In this document: positions 1 to 12,731 of the stretch, in pieces
How positions within the stretch are numbered: the stretch's first letter is position 1
Layout of the letters: every line of letters begins with the position of its first letter
NCBI RefSeq assembly: GCF_035084215.1
Contig: NC_090338.1
Location: forward strand, 15,314,001-15,378,000
DNA from: Heptranchias perlo
Lineage: Eukaryota
DNA length: 64,000 nt
Reading direction: 5' to 3'
Program-made: the position numbers and the translations under genes
The notes under the pieces: model-generated
Databases searched by the model: none
Told to the model about the DNA's origin: nothing
Seen by the model: only the letters and a program-made list of their open reading frames with translations

Positions 1-1390
1 ATCATAAGGTTTAGATTAGTTATGGAAAAGGACAAGGAGCAATCTAGAGTAAAAATACTCAATTGGAGGAGAGCCAATTTCATTGGGTTGAGAAGGGATC
101 TGGCCTGGTTCATTGGAATCAAAGATTGGCAGGCAATACTGTAATTGAACAATGGGTGGACCTTTAAAGAAGAGATGGTTTGGGTACAGTGTAGTACATT
201 CCCACGAGGGGGAAAGGGAGGGCAACCAAAGCCAGAGCTCCCTGGATGAAAAAAGAGATAGCGAGTAGGATGAAGCAGAAAAAGGGGGCGTATGACAGAT
301 GTCAGGTTAATGATACAAGTATGAACCAAGCTGAATATAGAAAGTATAGAGGAGAGGTGATAAAGGAAATAAGAGGGGCAAAGAGACAGTATGAGAATAG
401 ACTGGCAACTAACATAAAAGGGAATGCAAAAGCCTTCTATAGGCATATAAATAGTGAACAGCTAGCAAGAGGAGGGATGAGACCGATTAGGGACCAAAAA
501 GGAGATCAACGTATGGAGACAGAGGGCATGGCTGAGATACTAAATGAGTACTTTGCATCTGTCTTTACCAAGGAAGAAGATGCTGCCAAAGCCACAGTCA
601 AAGAGGAGGCAGTTGAGATACTGGATGGGCTAAAAATTGATAAAGAGGAGGTACTAGAAAGGCTGGCTATACATAAAGTGGGTAAGTCACCCGGCTCGGA
701 TAGGATGCATCCTAGGTTGCTGAGGGAAGTAAGGGTGGAAATTGCAGAGGTGCTGGCCATAATCTTCCAATCCTCCTTAGATATGGGTTGGTGCCAGAGG
801 AGTGGAGAATTGCAAATGTTACACCCTTGCTCAAAAAAGGGTGTAAGGTTAAACCCGACAATTACAGGCCAGTCATTTTAACCTCAGTGATGGGGAAGCT
901 TTTAGAAATGATAATCCAGGACAAAATTAAGAGTCACTTGGACAAGTGTGGATTAATAAAGGAAAGCCAACATGGATTTGTTAAAGGTAAATTGTGTTTA
1001 ACCAACTTGATAGAGTTTTTTGATGAAGCAACAGGGAGAGTTGATGAGGGCAATGCGGTTGATGTTGTGTATATGAACTTTCAAAAGGCGTCTGATAAAG
1101 TGCCACATAATAGGCTTGTCAGCAAAATTGAAGCCCATGGAATAGAAGAGGCAGTGGCAGCATGAATACGAAATTGGCTAAGTGACAGGAAACAGAGAAT
1201 AGTGGTGAACAGTTGTTTTTTCGGATTGGAGGAAGATATACAGTGGTGTTCCCCAGGGGTGGGTATTAGGACCACTGCTTTTTTTGATATATATTAATGA
1301 CCTGGACTTGGGTGTACAGGGCACAATTTCAAAATTTTCAGATGACACAAAAGTTGGAAGTGTAGTAAACTGTGAGGAGGATAGTGATAG

Positions 1391-4300
1391 GAACATAAGA
1401 ACATAAGAACATATGAACATAAGAAATAGGAGCAGGAGTAGGCCAATCGGCCCCTCGAGCCTGCTCCGCCATTCAATAAGATCATGGCTGATCTGATCCT
1501 AACCTCAAATCTAAATTCATGTCCAATTTCCTGCCCACTCCCCGTAACCCCTAATTCCCTTTACTTCCAGGAAAATGTCTATTTCTGTTTTAAATTTATT
1601 CAGTGATGCAGCTTCCACAGCTTCCTGGGGCAGCAAATTCCACAGACCTACTACCCTCTGAGTGAAGAAGTTTCTCCTCATCTCAGTTTTGAAAGAGCAG
1701 CCCCTTATTCGAAGATTATGCCCCCTAGTTCTAGTTTCACCCATCCTTGGGAACATCCTCACCGCATCCACCCGATCAAGCCCCTTCACAATCTTATATG
1801 TTTCAATAAGATCGCCTCTCATTCTTCTGAACTCCAATCAACTCAACCTCTCCTCATATGTCCGCCCCCTCATCCACGGGATTAACCGAGTGAACCTTCT
1901 TTGTACTGCCTCGAGAGCAAGTATGTCTTTTCTTAAGTATGGAGACCAAAACTATGCAGTATTCCAGGTGCGGTCTCACCAATACCTTATATAACTGCAG
2001 TAATACCTCCCTGTTTTTATATTCTATCCCCCTAGCAATAAACGGCAACATTCCATTGGCCTTCTTGATCACCTGCTGTACCTGCATACTAACTTTTTGA
2101 TTTTCTTGCACTAGGACCCCCCAGATCCCTTTGCACTGCAGTACTTTCCAGTTTCTCGCCATTAAGATAATAACTTGCTCTCTGATTTTTCCTGCCAAAG
2201 TGTATAACCTCACATTTTCCAATATTGTATTGCATCTGCCAAATCTCCGCCCACTCACCCAGCCTGTCTATATCCCCTTGTATGTTTTTTATGTCCTCCT
2301 CACTCTCTACTTTCCCTCCCATCTTTGTATCATCTGCAAACTTTGATATGTTACACTCGGTCCCCTCCTCCAAATCGTTAATATAGATTGTAAAGAGTTT
2401 GGGACCCAGCACCGACCCCTGCGGAACACCACTGGCCATTGGTTGCCAGTCAGAGAATGAACCATTTATCCCAACTCTCTGCTTCCTGTTAGATAACCAA
2501 TCCTCCACCCATGCCAGAATATTACCCCCAATCCAGTGATTCTTTATCTTGAGCAATAATCTTTTATGTGGCACCTTGTCGAATGCCTTCTGGAAGTCTA
2601 AATACACTACGTCCACTGGTTCCCCTTTATCCACCCTGTACGTTATGTCCTCAAAGAACTCAAGCAAATTTGTCAGACATGACTTCCCCTTCGTAAAGCC
2701 ATGCTGACTTTGTCCTATTAAATTATGCTTATCCAAATGTTCCGCTACTGTCTCCTTAATAATAGACTCCAAAATTTTACCCAGCACAGATGTTAGGCTA
2801 ACTGGTCTATAATTTCCAGCCTTCTGCCTACTACCCTTTTTAAATAAGGGTGTTACATTAGCAGTTTTCCAATCTGCCGGGACCTTTGCCGAGTCCAGAG
2901 AATTTTGGAAAATTATTACCAAAGCATCCACAATCCCTACTGCCACTTCCCTCAAGACCCTAGGATGTAAGCCATCAGGTCCAAGGGATTTATCCGCCTT
3001 GAGTCCCATTAATTTACTGAGTACCAATTCCTGAGTGATTTTAATCGTATTTAGCTCCTCCCCCACTAGAGCCCCCTGTTTGTCCAGTGTTGGGATATTC
3101 TTAGTGTCCTCTACTGTAAAGACTGAAACAAAATATTTGTTCAGCATTTTTGCCATCTCCATGTTTCCCACCATTAATTTCCCGGTCTCATCCTCTAAGG
3201 GACCTATGTTTGCCTTAGCCACCCTTTTTCTTTTTATACAACTGTAGAAACTCTTGCTATCTGTTTTTATATTTTTTGCGAATTTATTTTCATAATCTAT
3301 CTTCCCTTTCTTAATCAATCCTTTCGTTACTTTTTGCTGTCTTTTGAAGACTTCCCAATCTTCTATCCTCCCACTAAGTTTGGCTACCTTATATGTCCTT
3401 GTTTTTAGTCAGATACTATCCTTAATTTCTTTACTTAGCCACTGATGGCTGTTATTTCTTTTACACCCTTTTTTCCTCAGTGGAATATATATTTTTTGAA
3501 AGTTGTAAAATAACTCCTTAAATGAACACCACTGCTCATGTACCATCTTACCCTTTAATCTATTTTCCCTGTCCACTTTAATCAATTCCGCTCTCATACC
3601 ATCATAGTCTCCTTTATTCAAGCTCAGTACGCTTGTTTGAGAACCAACCTTCTCACCCTCTAATTGGATATGGAATGTAACCATGTTATGGTCACTCATT
3701 CCAAGAGGATCCTTAACTAGGACATTATTAATTAATCCTGGCTCATTACACAGGACCAGGTCCAAGGTTGCTTGCCCCCTTGTAGGATCAGTTACATACT
3801 GCTCAAGAAATCCATCCCTAATACGCTCAATAAACTCTTCCTCAAGGTTGCCCTGCCCAATTTGATTTGTCCAGTTAATATGATAGTTAAAATCCCCCAT
3901 AATTATAGCTGTTCCCTTATCACATGCCGTGACTATTTCCTGATTAATACTTCTTCCAGCAGAGTTGCAACTATTAGGAGGCCTATATACTACGCCCACT
4001 AGTGTTTTTTCCCCCTTATTATTCCTTATCTCTACCCAAACTGTTTCATTATCCTGATCCTTTGTCCCAATATCATTTCTCTGTATTACAGTGATTCCTT
4101 CCTTTATTAACATAGCCACCCCACCTCCCCTTCCTTCCTACCTGTCCTTCCTGATTGTTAAATACCCTGGCATATTTAATTCCCAGTCGTTGTCACCCTG
4201 CAGTCATGTTTCTGTAATGGCCACAACATCATACCCATACGTAGTTATTTGAGCCATTAACTCGTCCATTTTGTTACGAATGCTACGTGCATTCAGATAA

Positions 4301-4638
4301 ACAACTTTTAAATATGTTTTGTGACACTTAGTTCCTGCTTTTTCCTTTTTTAACACTTTACCTTTTACTCCATACCTTCTGTCCCTTCCTGACACGCTTT
4401 CCTCTGTCTCCCTGCTCAGGTTCCCAACCCCCTGCCACAGCTTTGATGCTGGGGTAATCGCCTTACGCCTTCTAATTTTTATTTTATCTGTCGTGCCTAG
4501 AGTACACTTTCTTTCCGCTGCTCTACGCTTTACCCTTTCACTTGTTCTTGAACAACTGTTTGCACTATTTGTATTGTAGATTTCCCCTGGGTCTTCCCCT
4601 CTCTTGCAGCTCTCAACTTCATTCCTTTCTAACTCCAA
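1391..4638 (-). mobile_element. CR1-like LINE with near-complete ORF2 (APE endonuclease + RT), broken by stops/frameshifts, nested in the element above
   Basis: [35 protein letters not shown]; 8-nt-period (aacataag)n tail at 1391-1425; GATAG duplicated at 1386-1390 and 4639-4643. Confidence 0.95.
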
Positions 4639-4903
4639 GATAGACTTCAAGAGGACTTAGACAGGCTGGTTTGAATGGGCGCACAAATGGCAGATGAAAT
4701 TTAACGCAGAGAAGTGCAAAGTCAAACATTTTGGCAGGAAGAACGAGGAGAGGCAATATAAATTAAATGGTACAATTTTAAAGGGGGTGCAAGAACAGAG
4801 AGACCTGGGGTTATTTGTGTACAAATCTTTGAAGGTGGCAAGACAGGTTGAGAAAGCAGTTAAAAAAACATACAGGATTCTGGGCAATATATATAGAGAC
4901 ATA

Positions 4904-6957
4904 GGGCTCGATTTTTGCACCCCCGAGCGGGTGCGTTCATGGTGGGGGGGGTCTGCAAAAAATCGGGGATTCCCGGGGCGGGCCTGGAGCCCGGCTCCAA
5001 CCCGCCTACTTCTGGGTTCCCCAGTGATGCGCTGACATGCGCGTGCAGCCCCCGAATGTGGGACTCCCGCCGGCAATTAAAGCCGGCGGGATGCCACTTA
5101 AGGTCATTATTTAGGTACTTCAGGTCGTTTTCAGACCTGATTAACATGATATTTTAGGAGGGGTGGAATTTTCCAAACAACTGGGACTGTTTACCGTACT
5201 GGGGGAAACACTCCAAGTTGAAATGGACGTGTTGCAGCTGTCAGCCTGTGGCAGCTGCAAAGGTCCATTTGACGGGTGGTGGGGGTGACCCTCACTCATT
5301 GCAGGAGGCCACTCCATCATTTTGGACAAAGTTTGGCCTCCACCACCCTCTTCCTAACAATAAAATTCACCAACTTGCACACTTACCCCCGGTGTCCAGA
5401 CACATGTACCTACCTTGCGGATCCCCTCAGATGTACATCTTCCGGATGGTGGATGCCGTAGCTGCAGTCATGACCTCCTCGGAAGACAAACAGCATCACC
5501 AGCCTCGCCAGCCACGCCGTTCACCTCTGACTCGTGGAGCCCCACAACACAGTGCTGTGACACATCCACCTGCACAGCAGGAGGGAGGGCAACGGCAGAG
5601 AGAGATGCATCGCAGAGGGCACTACCCTCGCCACAGGATCCACAGACCGAGGCTCAGCTTCCTGGACCTCTCTGAGCAGCAGTGCACACGGAGGCTCAGA
5701 GTCACTCAACATATAGTCGTGGACATCTGTAGCCTCCTTCATGCCGAGCTGCTCCCGGCTGGCCCGAGCACCATCTTCTTACCTGTTGCTGTCAAAGTCA
5801 CCACTGCCCTCAACAACTTCTCCTCCACATCCTTCCAGGGTGCCACCGGGGACATCGCCGACGTCTCTCAGTCGTCTGCACAAAAGAGCCCTGCAAATAC
5901 ACCTACACCCACTCTGCAGTGACACAATGGGTGGCATCAGGTGTGGGTCTTCATAGTGATCCTCAGGATAGGGCATTATTGCACAAACCAGACAAGATTC
6001 GCAAAGACGTGGCAGTAGTGGTGACAATATAATATGTAATGTGAGTTGATCAGAAATTAAATATAAGTAAAAACCATGACAAACCCTCAAACACCCTTGT
6101 GCATCTCCTTCATGCTCATGACACGTTTGCCTTATGCTTCCTACTGCACATATGTGATGCATGCCCTGTGGCTGCAGCACAGGTAGTGGCAGGTTGAGTG
6201 AGGCTGACCGTGAAAGAGATGCATGAGAGGGTGAGTATGAGATAGAGCCATGAGATTGTATGAGGATTGAGTTGAGTGGTAGTGGTGGGATGAGTACTGG
6301 GGAGGTGAGTATGTGCAGGTAAGATGAGGATGAGCTTTGAGTGGGTGTGAGGAGTGATGTGACAGAGTAGTGTTGGCAGTGCAGAAGGAGATGTGGGGTG
6401 GGGGCGGTGATGTGGCGGACGGAGTGTAGGGGAATGAGTAAGTGTACTCACTTTGGCTGACCTACTTAGGTCAATGAAGCGCCTCCTGCACTGTATGCAG
6501 GTGGGCGATATGTTGTTGGTGCAGGTGACCTCCTCTGCCACCTCGAGCCAGGCCTTCTTGGTGCTAGAGGCAGGTCACTTCCTCCCGCCCGCCGGGGGGG
6601 AGGATCTCTGTCCTCCCCCTCCTCCTCACCCCATCCAATAATACCTGATGTGAAGCATCATTAAACCTGGGAGCAGCCTTCCCCCTGGGCTGCTCCATGA
6701 GGTAATTTTTCCTATTTTCTGCAGCATCAGTCAGTGGAGGACTGCCCCTTTAAATAGGGTTCTCCAACTGACAGCCTGTGCTGTGCATGCGCAGTCCGCC
6801 CGCTGCGCAGCTTTCCAGCGCGAAACCCGAAAGCACAGATAGGTGGCTGTAATTAGCCTGCGATTGTGTGCGGAGCACCCCGATTTCACTGGGTGCGTTA
6901 CCCACGTGCCCAGTCGACCCCCCGCTGTGAACCTGCCGCCCTCCTAATATTGGGCCC
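4904..6957 (+). mobile_element. PIF/Harbinger DNA transposon, internally deleted (HARBI1-like transposase N-terminus on +, Myb/SANT-like remnant on -)
   Basis: Imperfect TIRs GGGCTCGATTTT / GGGCCCAATATT; 3-bp TSD ATA (4901-4903, 6958-6960). [31 protein letters not shown]; AEEV..QCRRRFIDL. Confidence 0.9.
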
Positions 6958-8171
6958 ATAGAGTACAAAAGCAAGGATGTCATGTTGAATCTTTATAAAA
7001 AACTGGTTTGGCCACAACTGGAGTATTGTGTCCAATTCTGGGCACTGCACTTTCGGAAGGATGTGAAGACCTTAGAGAGGGTGCAGAAAAGATTTACTGG
7101 AATGGTCCCAGGTTTAAGGGTCTTCAGTTATATGGATCGACTGGAGAAGCTGGGGTTATTATCCTTAGAGCAGAGAAGGTTGAGAAGAAATTTGATAGAA
7201 GTGTTCAAAATCATGAAGGGTTCAGATAAAGTAAATAAAGAGAAATTGTTCCCATTGAGAACCAGAGGACACAGATTTAAGGTGATTGGCAAAAGAACTA
7301 AAGGCGACATGAGGAAAAACTTTTTTATGCAGCGAGTAGTTATGGTCTGGAATGTGCTGCCTGAAAGGGTGGTGGAAACAGAGTCAATTTTGGCTTTGAA
7401 AAGAGAATTGGATAAAGACTTGAAGGGAAAAAAATTTGCAGTTCTACGGGGAAGGAGTGGGGGAATGGGACTATCTGGATTGCTCTTACAAAGAGCCGGC
7501 ATGGGCTCGATGGGCCGAATGGCCTCCTTCTGTGCTGTAACCATTCTATGATTCTACGATTCTATGATCAGACATCACTAAATTAAAATTTGTCTCCATT
7601 TAAAAACTGACTTTATCATATCACAAACTACAAGGAGAAATTACCATCCCAAACGGTATACTTTAATAATTATATATGAGCTCGATTCTATGTCTTTTTA
7701 AGTTACTATCTAGACACCTAGAAAGTAAAATGTTTAACACCAGAGGTTCACAAAGGAGAATCTCAATACAAAATATTTCCTCGGAAAGTATTTATCTTTT
7801 TAATTTGAGGAAAACATTCTTAATTTGCAACAAGAAACCTTAGTGAGTATTTATATTCCAAATAGGATTTCAATCTCCAACTTGTATGTGAATATACAAG
7901 TTGCAGAAAAACTTTTGAGCGGCTCCATTCATCCACACAGAAGTGAACATTTTGGATGGGGCTGGATTCCAATCCAGGAAGGCCTCAACCAGAAAATGTG
8001 AGGAGCAGTTCAGCACAGAGCAGTACCAAGTTGATGTTAACTTTTCTCAAATTAAGTCCCTTTCGATTGACATTCAGGCTATCCAAGGCACCGCATTTTA
8101 CATGAGTTAATGAAGCCATTCTGAGATACGAGTGGACCACCCCATACCTGCATCATCTGAGTCACTCCAGA

Positions 8172-11100
8172 GGGCTAATTTTAACCCCGAAGAACGAGTG
8201 GGTTGGGGGCGGGTGGGAGGTTAAAGTAGCAGCTTTTTGGAACGGGACCGGGTTTAACCCAGGCGTGTTATGATGCGTGCGACAGAAACCCGAATGACCC
8301 GTCCCTACTTAAAGCCAGTGGGCTGATATTTTAAAGGGCCAATTCAGGTAGTTGAAGCACTTTAGTTACTTAATGTTTTGTGGATTCTGCAACAGAGATG
8401 GATTTAACTACTCCAGAACGTGTCTCCCATGGCTTCTGAAACATGCCATTGAAACGGAGGTGAATTGCAGCTGAAGCTCATTTGGCCCTTTCAACCTTTG
8501 ATTGACACATCTCAATAAAAGGTGCGGTATTGCAGCTGGGCACTCTAGATCTCTCAGACAAACTTTTGGCTGGGAGTTCTTTGTGTTTAGACTGAGATTG
8601 CTTTGTTGAGGCTGAGAATTCTTGTGTTCGGATAAATTTACCCAATTTTTGGAGCCCCTCAAACTGACAAGGTCAGGATGGGGGGTGCAATGGATCCATT
8701 CCACAGTACATCTGAGGAGGAGGAAAATAAAGATGGGGAACCCATCGCCAGAGCAGTCGGGCACATTGCTGCCCGTGATGCCAGGGATGCTCTCATCTCT
8801 AACAGGTTCTCATAATGAGATTTGAAAATTGAAGACTTTGAAATATCAGGCCACCTGGAACAACCACCACCACCAAAACCAACCCCACCCCCTCCCTTTG
8901 CTCAAAACAGTCATGCAACCACACATGCCCTCATTGCACACCCACCCAATGTGTGATATCATGTCTTGGTATTCATGATGAAGCAAATGAAAGGACGAAT
9001 TCACAAAAGGGACTTAATAATGGCCAAGACTTGGCAGTGGTGGCGATAATGATTAAATTTAACGTGATATAAGAAAAAATATATAAATTAACAACACGAC
9101 AGCTCATCAAACATCCTTGTGCACATCCTTGGTGAATTACAATTGCTTAGCCTTTCTCTTTCTACCGCTTCTACATGGTGCATCCCCTGTGGCTTCAGCA
9201 GAGGTAGTGGCAGGTTGCTCAGATCCCTGACCTAACCCAAGTTGGTCTCGGCCTGCAACTTCTGGGATTTTAAGCCTGTGAGGGCCCCGCCAAAGACTGC
9301 TCCACCTGCACCTGTGCAGGGGCAGATTCGGCCATTGGGAGAGGAGCCCAGTATTGCAGGTACCAGTTGAGGAGGAGGCAAAGTGTGAGACGTGGGAACG
9401 TTTTGAGTGGAGCCCACACTTCCATGTCCTCTTTTGCCATCATCCCTCTCCTGGGCCAGCGCAACATCATTCCCACCACTCTGCTGGCCAGCAGCTTGGT
9501 GAGCAGAAGTGCCACGTTTTAAGGCTCCAGCTAGTTGCGACAGACATGTTGGCATCCAAAGTCCGCATGGCCATTTTCATGGCCTGCATGGACTTATTTG
9601 TGAGTCGTGCTTGAAGCTCAATGGAGACTGCCACTTTCTCCACTGCAGACATTCTCGCACTTACCTGCGCCGCCGATCCATTAGCGATGGAGGTGGACTC
9701 TTCCATGCTCTCCACTATTGTGGCGTGTGCGTGGCACTTTTTCCATTACTTGAAAAGTTGTTGCTGTAACTCTCTTATTCTCCTTCTCATCGATGGGGTG
9801 CAGCTATGTCCAGCTGAGCAGAGCTTGGAGAGGAGTGCACCCCCTGATGCGGACGCTCCACAGCTGCCCCTCCCATCAGTGCCTGCTCGTACTCACTTGT
9901 GAGTGGTGAATCACCAAGACAACCCAACTAACTGTCTAACAGGACCCAGTAAAGTCTGAGTATCAGCATTGGTGCATGTCTGTACATCCTGTGACGGTGC
10001 ACCCACAGAAGGAATGAGCCCCTCTGAGGAATCATGTTCTTCCATTTCTGCTGATTCCTCGTGAAGTTGTGAAGGCCCTGGAAGAGAACAGAAAGCGATA
10101 TTAATGATTCATCGCAAAAGTGACAATCCTTCCAATGACCATACTGAGGTCTGGCACAGTTACATCATTGATAAAATCAATTCATCATGTGTGTGAAAGA
10201 TGTTAAAGTCCTGTCACCAACTATCTGCGGGTTGCCAGACTCGCCATCTCTGATGGATAGGCACGCAACGGTCCGACTTATTTCCATGGCCTCCTCCTCC
10301 ACATCTGTTACCTTCACTATGTGGTGGGCCAACTCCAGTTGTGCTCCTCTCCCTTGTGTTTTGTGCTCTCTTTTCCTACAACGAGAGAAAGAACAGACCT
10401 GTGAGTGACTGAAGGTGACTTATTCAGCCTATGGATGCATTGCTTTGAGTGAGGCTGTCCATGAAAGAGATGCATCAGAGGGTGACTATCAGACAGATGC
10501 ATCATATTGCATCAGGATTGGGGTGAGCGGCAGTGGTGGGTGAATAAATGGGCAGTTGAGGAAGTGCATAGAAAGTGAAGGATGGTTGCTGCTGCTGACA
10601 AGTGGGTGTGAGGAGTGATGTGATGGAGTAGGAGTGACGAGGGTGCGGGTTGGTGAACAATACAGGATGTGGGTGAATTAGCAACTCTACTCACTTTCCC
10701 TGACCTGGCTAGGTCATTAAAATGCGTCCTGCACTGAACCCAACACTTGAGCACTGTGCTCCTGCTGCTCACCTCTTCTGCCACCTCCAGCCAAGCATTT
10801 TTGATAACAGACCCAGGTTTCTTCCTGCCATCCATTGGAAACATTACCGCCATCCTGGCTCTCACTGCAACCAGCAGTACATCCAGGGAGGTATCATTAA
10901 ATCTAGGGGCAGCCTTTGCTTTCCTGGACTCCATTTCTCTTTTCTCCTTCAAAATCCATTCTTGGACTGGCCCTTTAAATAGTGGGTTTATGTCGTGTCA
11001 TTCGGATGCGCAGTGGGCCCGCTGAGCAGCTTGGAGACGCGAAACCCAGAAGCAAAGATAATTGACTGCAATCAAGATACGCTCGCTGATTAAACACACT

Positions 11101-11176
11101 CAATTTGCCTTTGGGTTCCCCACACGCAAATCCACCCACCCGCTGACTACTCGCTGCCATGTTAAAATCATGGCCC
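8172..11176 (+). mobile_element. PIF/Harbinger remnant retaining the intron-containing Myb/SANT-like partner gene (minus strand); transposase essentially deleted
   Basis: Ends GGGCTAATTTT ... AAAATCATGGCCC. ORF 10512-10952: APRFNDTSLDVLL..KNAWLEVAEEV..QCRTHFNDL followed by a gtgagt donor; further degenerate exons at ~10217-10380 and ~9190-10080. Confidence 0.8.
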
Positions 11177-11322
11177 AGGTTTGAGTGCAAATCTAACATG
11201 GCAGCACCCAGATGAAGGACAATAACTTTCTAGAAGTACCTCATCATTCTTCGATTTATTTTTGTTTTCTGTTTTTTTGAATGTTACTCATCAGAGTTTT
11301 TTGTGCTGAAACTACTCTCCTT

Positions 11323-11441
11323 GGGGTAGATCTTGACTTTGTGCGATTGTGTAAAATGGGTGATCGCGAGTCGGCAGTCCCATTTTACATCTCTCCCTAT
11401 TTTGATTTCTGTTGACTTCGAATATAATTATAGATCTACAC
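11323..11441. mobile_element. Short MITE, same family as 47911-49774
   Basis: Begins GGGGTAGATCTTGACTTTGTGCGAT and ends AGATCTACAC; internal sequence is the reverse complement of that at 47950-48003. Confidence 0.65.
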
Positions 11442-11599
11442 GCTGACTGGGTGATTGCAACATAACTACAATACTAATGAGGAAACGTCTTGATTGCCCA
11501 CTTCCTCATTTATGTTAACAGGAACTGACAGTTTGAAAGAAGAACTTAACTTCTCAAGTTGCCAACGATGGAAATAAGTGATCGATGCCCATCGCCAGC

Positions 11600-12470
11600 A
11601 TCGACAACAACTTATATTTCTTTAGCACCTTCAATATAGATAAACATCCCAATGTGTTTCATAAAGGAATAACGATAAAATTATACGGTAAGCTAAAGAA
11701 GGGGGTATTAGGAGGGCTGTCCCAAATCTTGATCAAAAAGGTGGGTTGGTTTCGGAATGGAATTCCAGAGTTTGGGGCCAAGTCAGCTCAAGGTACAACT
11801 AGCAATGGTGAGGTGAAAGAAGGGGCGGGGTGTGCACAAGAGACTGGGCTAAGAGGAATGGAGAGTTTGTGGGAGGGTTGTAGCATTTGAGGAGGTTACA
11901 GAGATAGGAAGGGGGAAGCTATGAAGAGATTTAAACATCGGGATGAGAATTTTAAATTTGAGGTGTTGAGGGACTGTGAGCCAATGTAGGTCAACAAGGA
12001 CAGGGGTGATAAGTGAGCAGGACTTGGTGTAGGATAGGATACGGGCAGCAGAGCTTTGGATGAGCTGAAGTTACAGAGGGTGGAGGATAGGAGGTCGACC
12101 AGAGTAATGGAATAGTCAAGTCTGGAGGTTACAACAGCATGGATGAGAGTTTCAACAGCAGATTCACTGAGATGGATGGATGATGTCACTAAAGGACAGC
12201 AATGTAGATGAGGAAGAGGAAGGGCCAAATATGGATCCTTTGGGGACTCCTGAGGCAACAGTGCAGGGGTGGGAAGAGAACCTATTGGTAGAGATGTTCT
12301 GGCAATGATCTGATAGGTCAGAGTGGAACCAAGTGAGAGCAGTTCCAATGAGCGAGGGAACAGAGAAGCATTTGGAGGAAGGTGATGTGGTTGAGCATGT
12401 CAAAGGCTGCAGAGTGATTGAAGAGGGATAATGCAGAATGGCCACAGTCACACAGAATATCATTTGTGAT
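11600..12470 (-). mobile_element. L2-like LINE fragments (old)
   Basis: ETLIHAVVTSRLDYS, GVPKGSIFGP, FKIL motifs; (caa)n tail near 11604. Confidence 0.75.
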
Positions 12471-12694
12471 TTTTTTCTTGGGCTATTTTAGTGATGTGGG
12501 AGGACAGATATTTGATTGGATGCAAGTGAAATTTTTACTTGTACTGTAAGTGTTATTTCCAGAAGAAAAAGTAAAAGATGTCAAATATTCTGTCACAACA
12601 GTCAATTTGGTGTTACAATACTGTGCATATAGTGGTGTACAAATGTAAGGAATCTTACAACACCAGGTTATAGTCCAACAGTTTTATTTGAAAA

Positions 12695-12731
12695 TCACAA
12701 GCTTTCGGAGATTATCTCCTTCGTCAGGTGA
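12695..12731 (-). ncRNA. Minimal hammerhead ribozyme-like motif (inverted copy)
   Basis: Reverse complement of 16053-16089. Confidence 0.7.

Larger units (their letters stand above)
1..7567 (+). mobile_element. CR1-like LINE (degenerate ORF2) split into three pieces: 1-1390, 4639-4903, 6958-7567
   Basis: [32 protein letters not shown] motifs; (attctatg)n 3' tail at ~7543-7567. The sequence rejoins across both insertions. Confidence 0.92.

Noticed and set aside
5218-5922. HARBI1 or NAIF1/MSANTD host genes (also 10512-10952, 36760-37528, 42306-42782)
   Set aside because: They lie within TIR-bounded, truncated, multi-copy elements with frameshifts or lost catalytic residues; these are transposon remnants, not domesticated genes.
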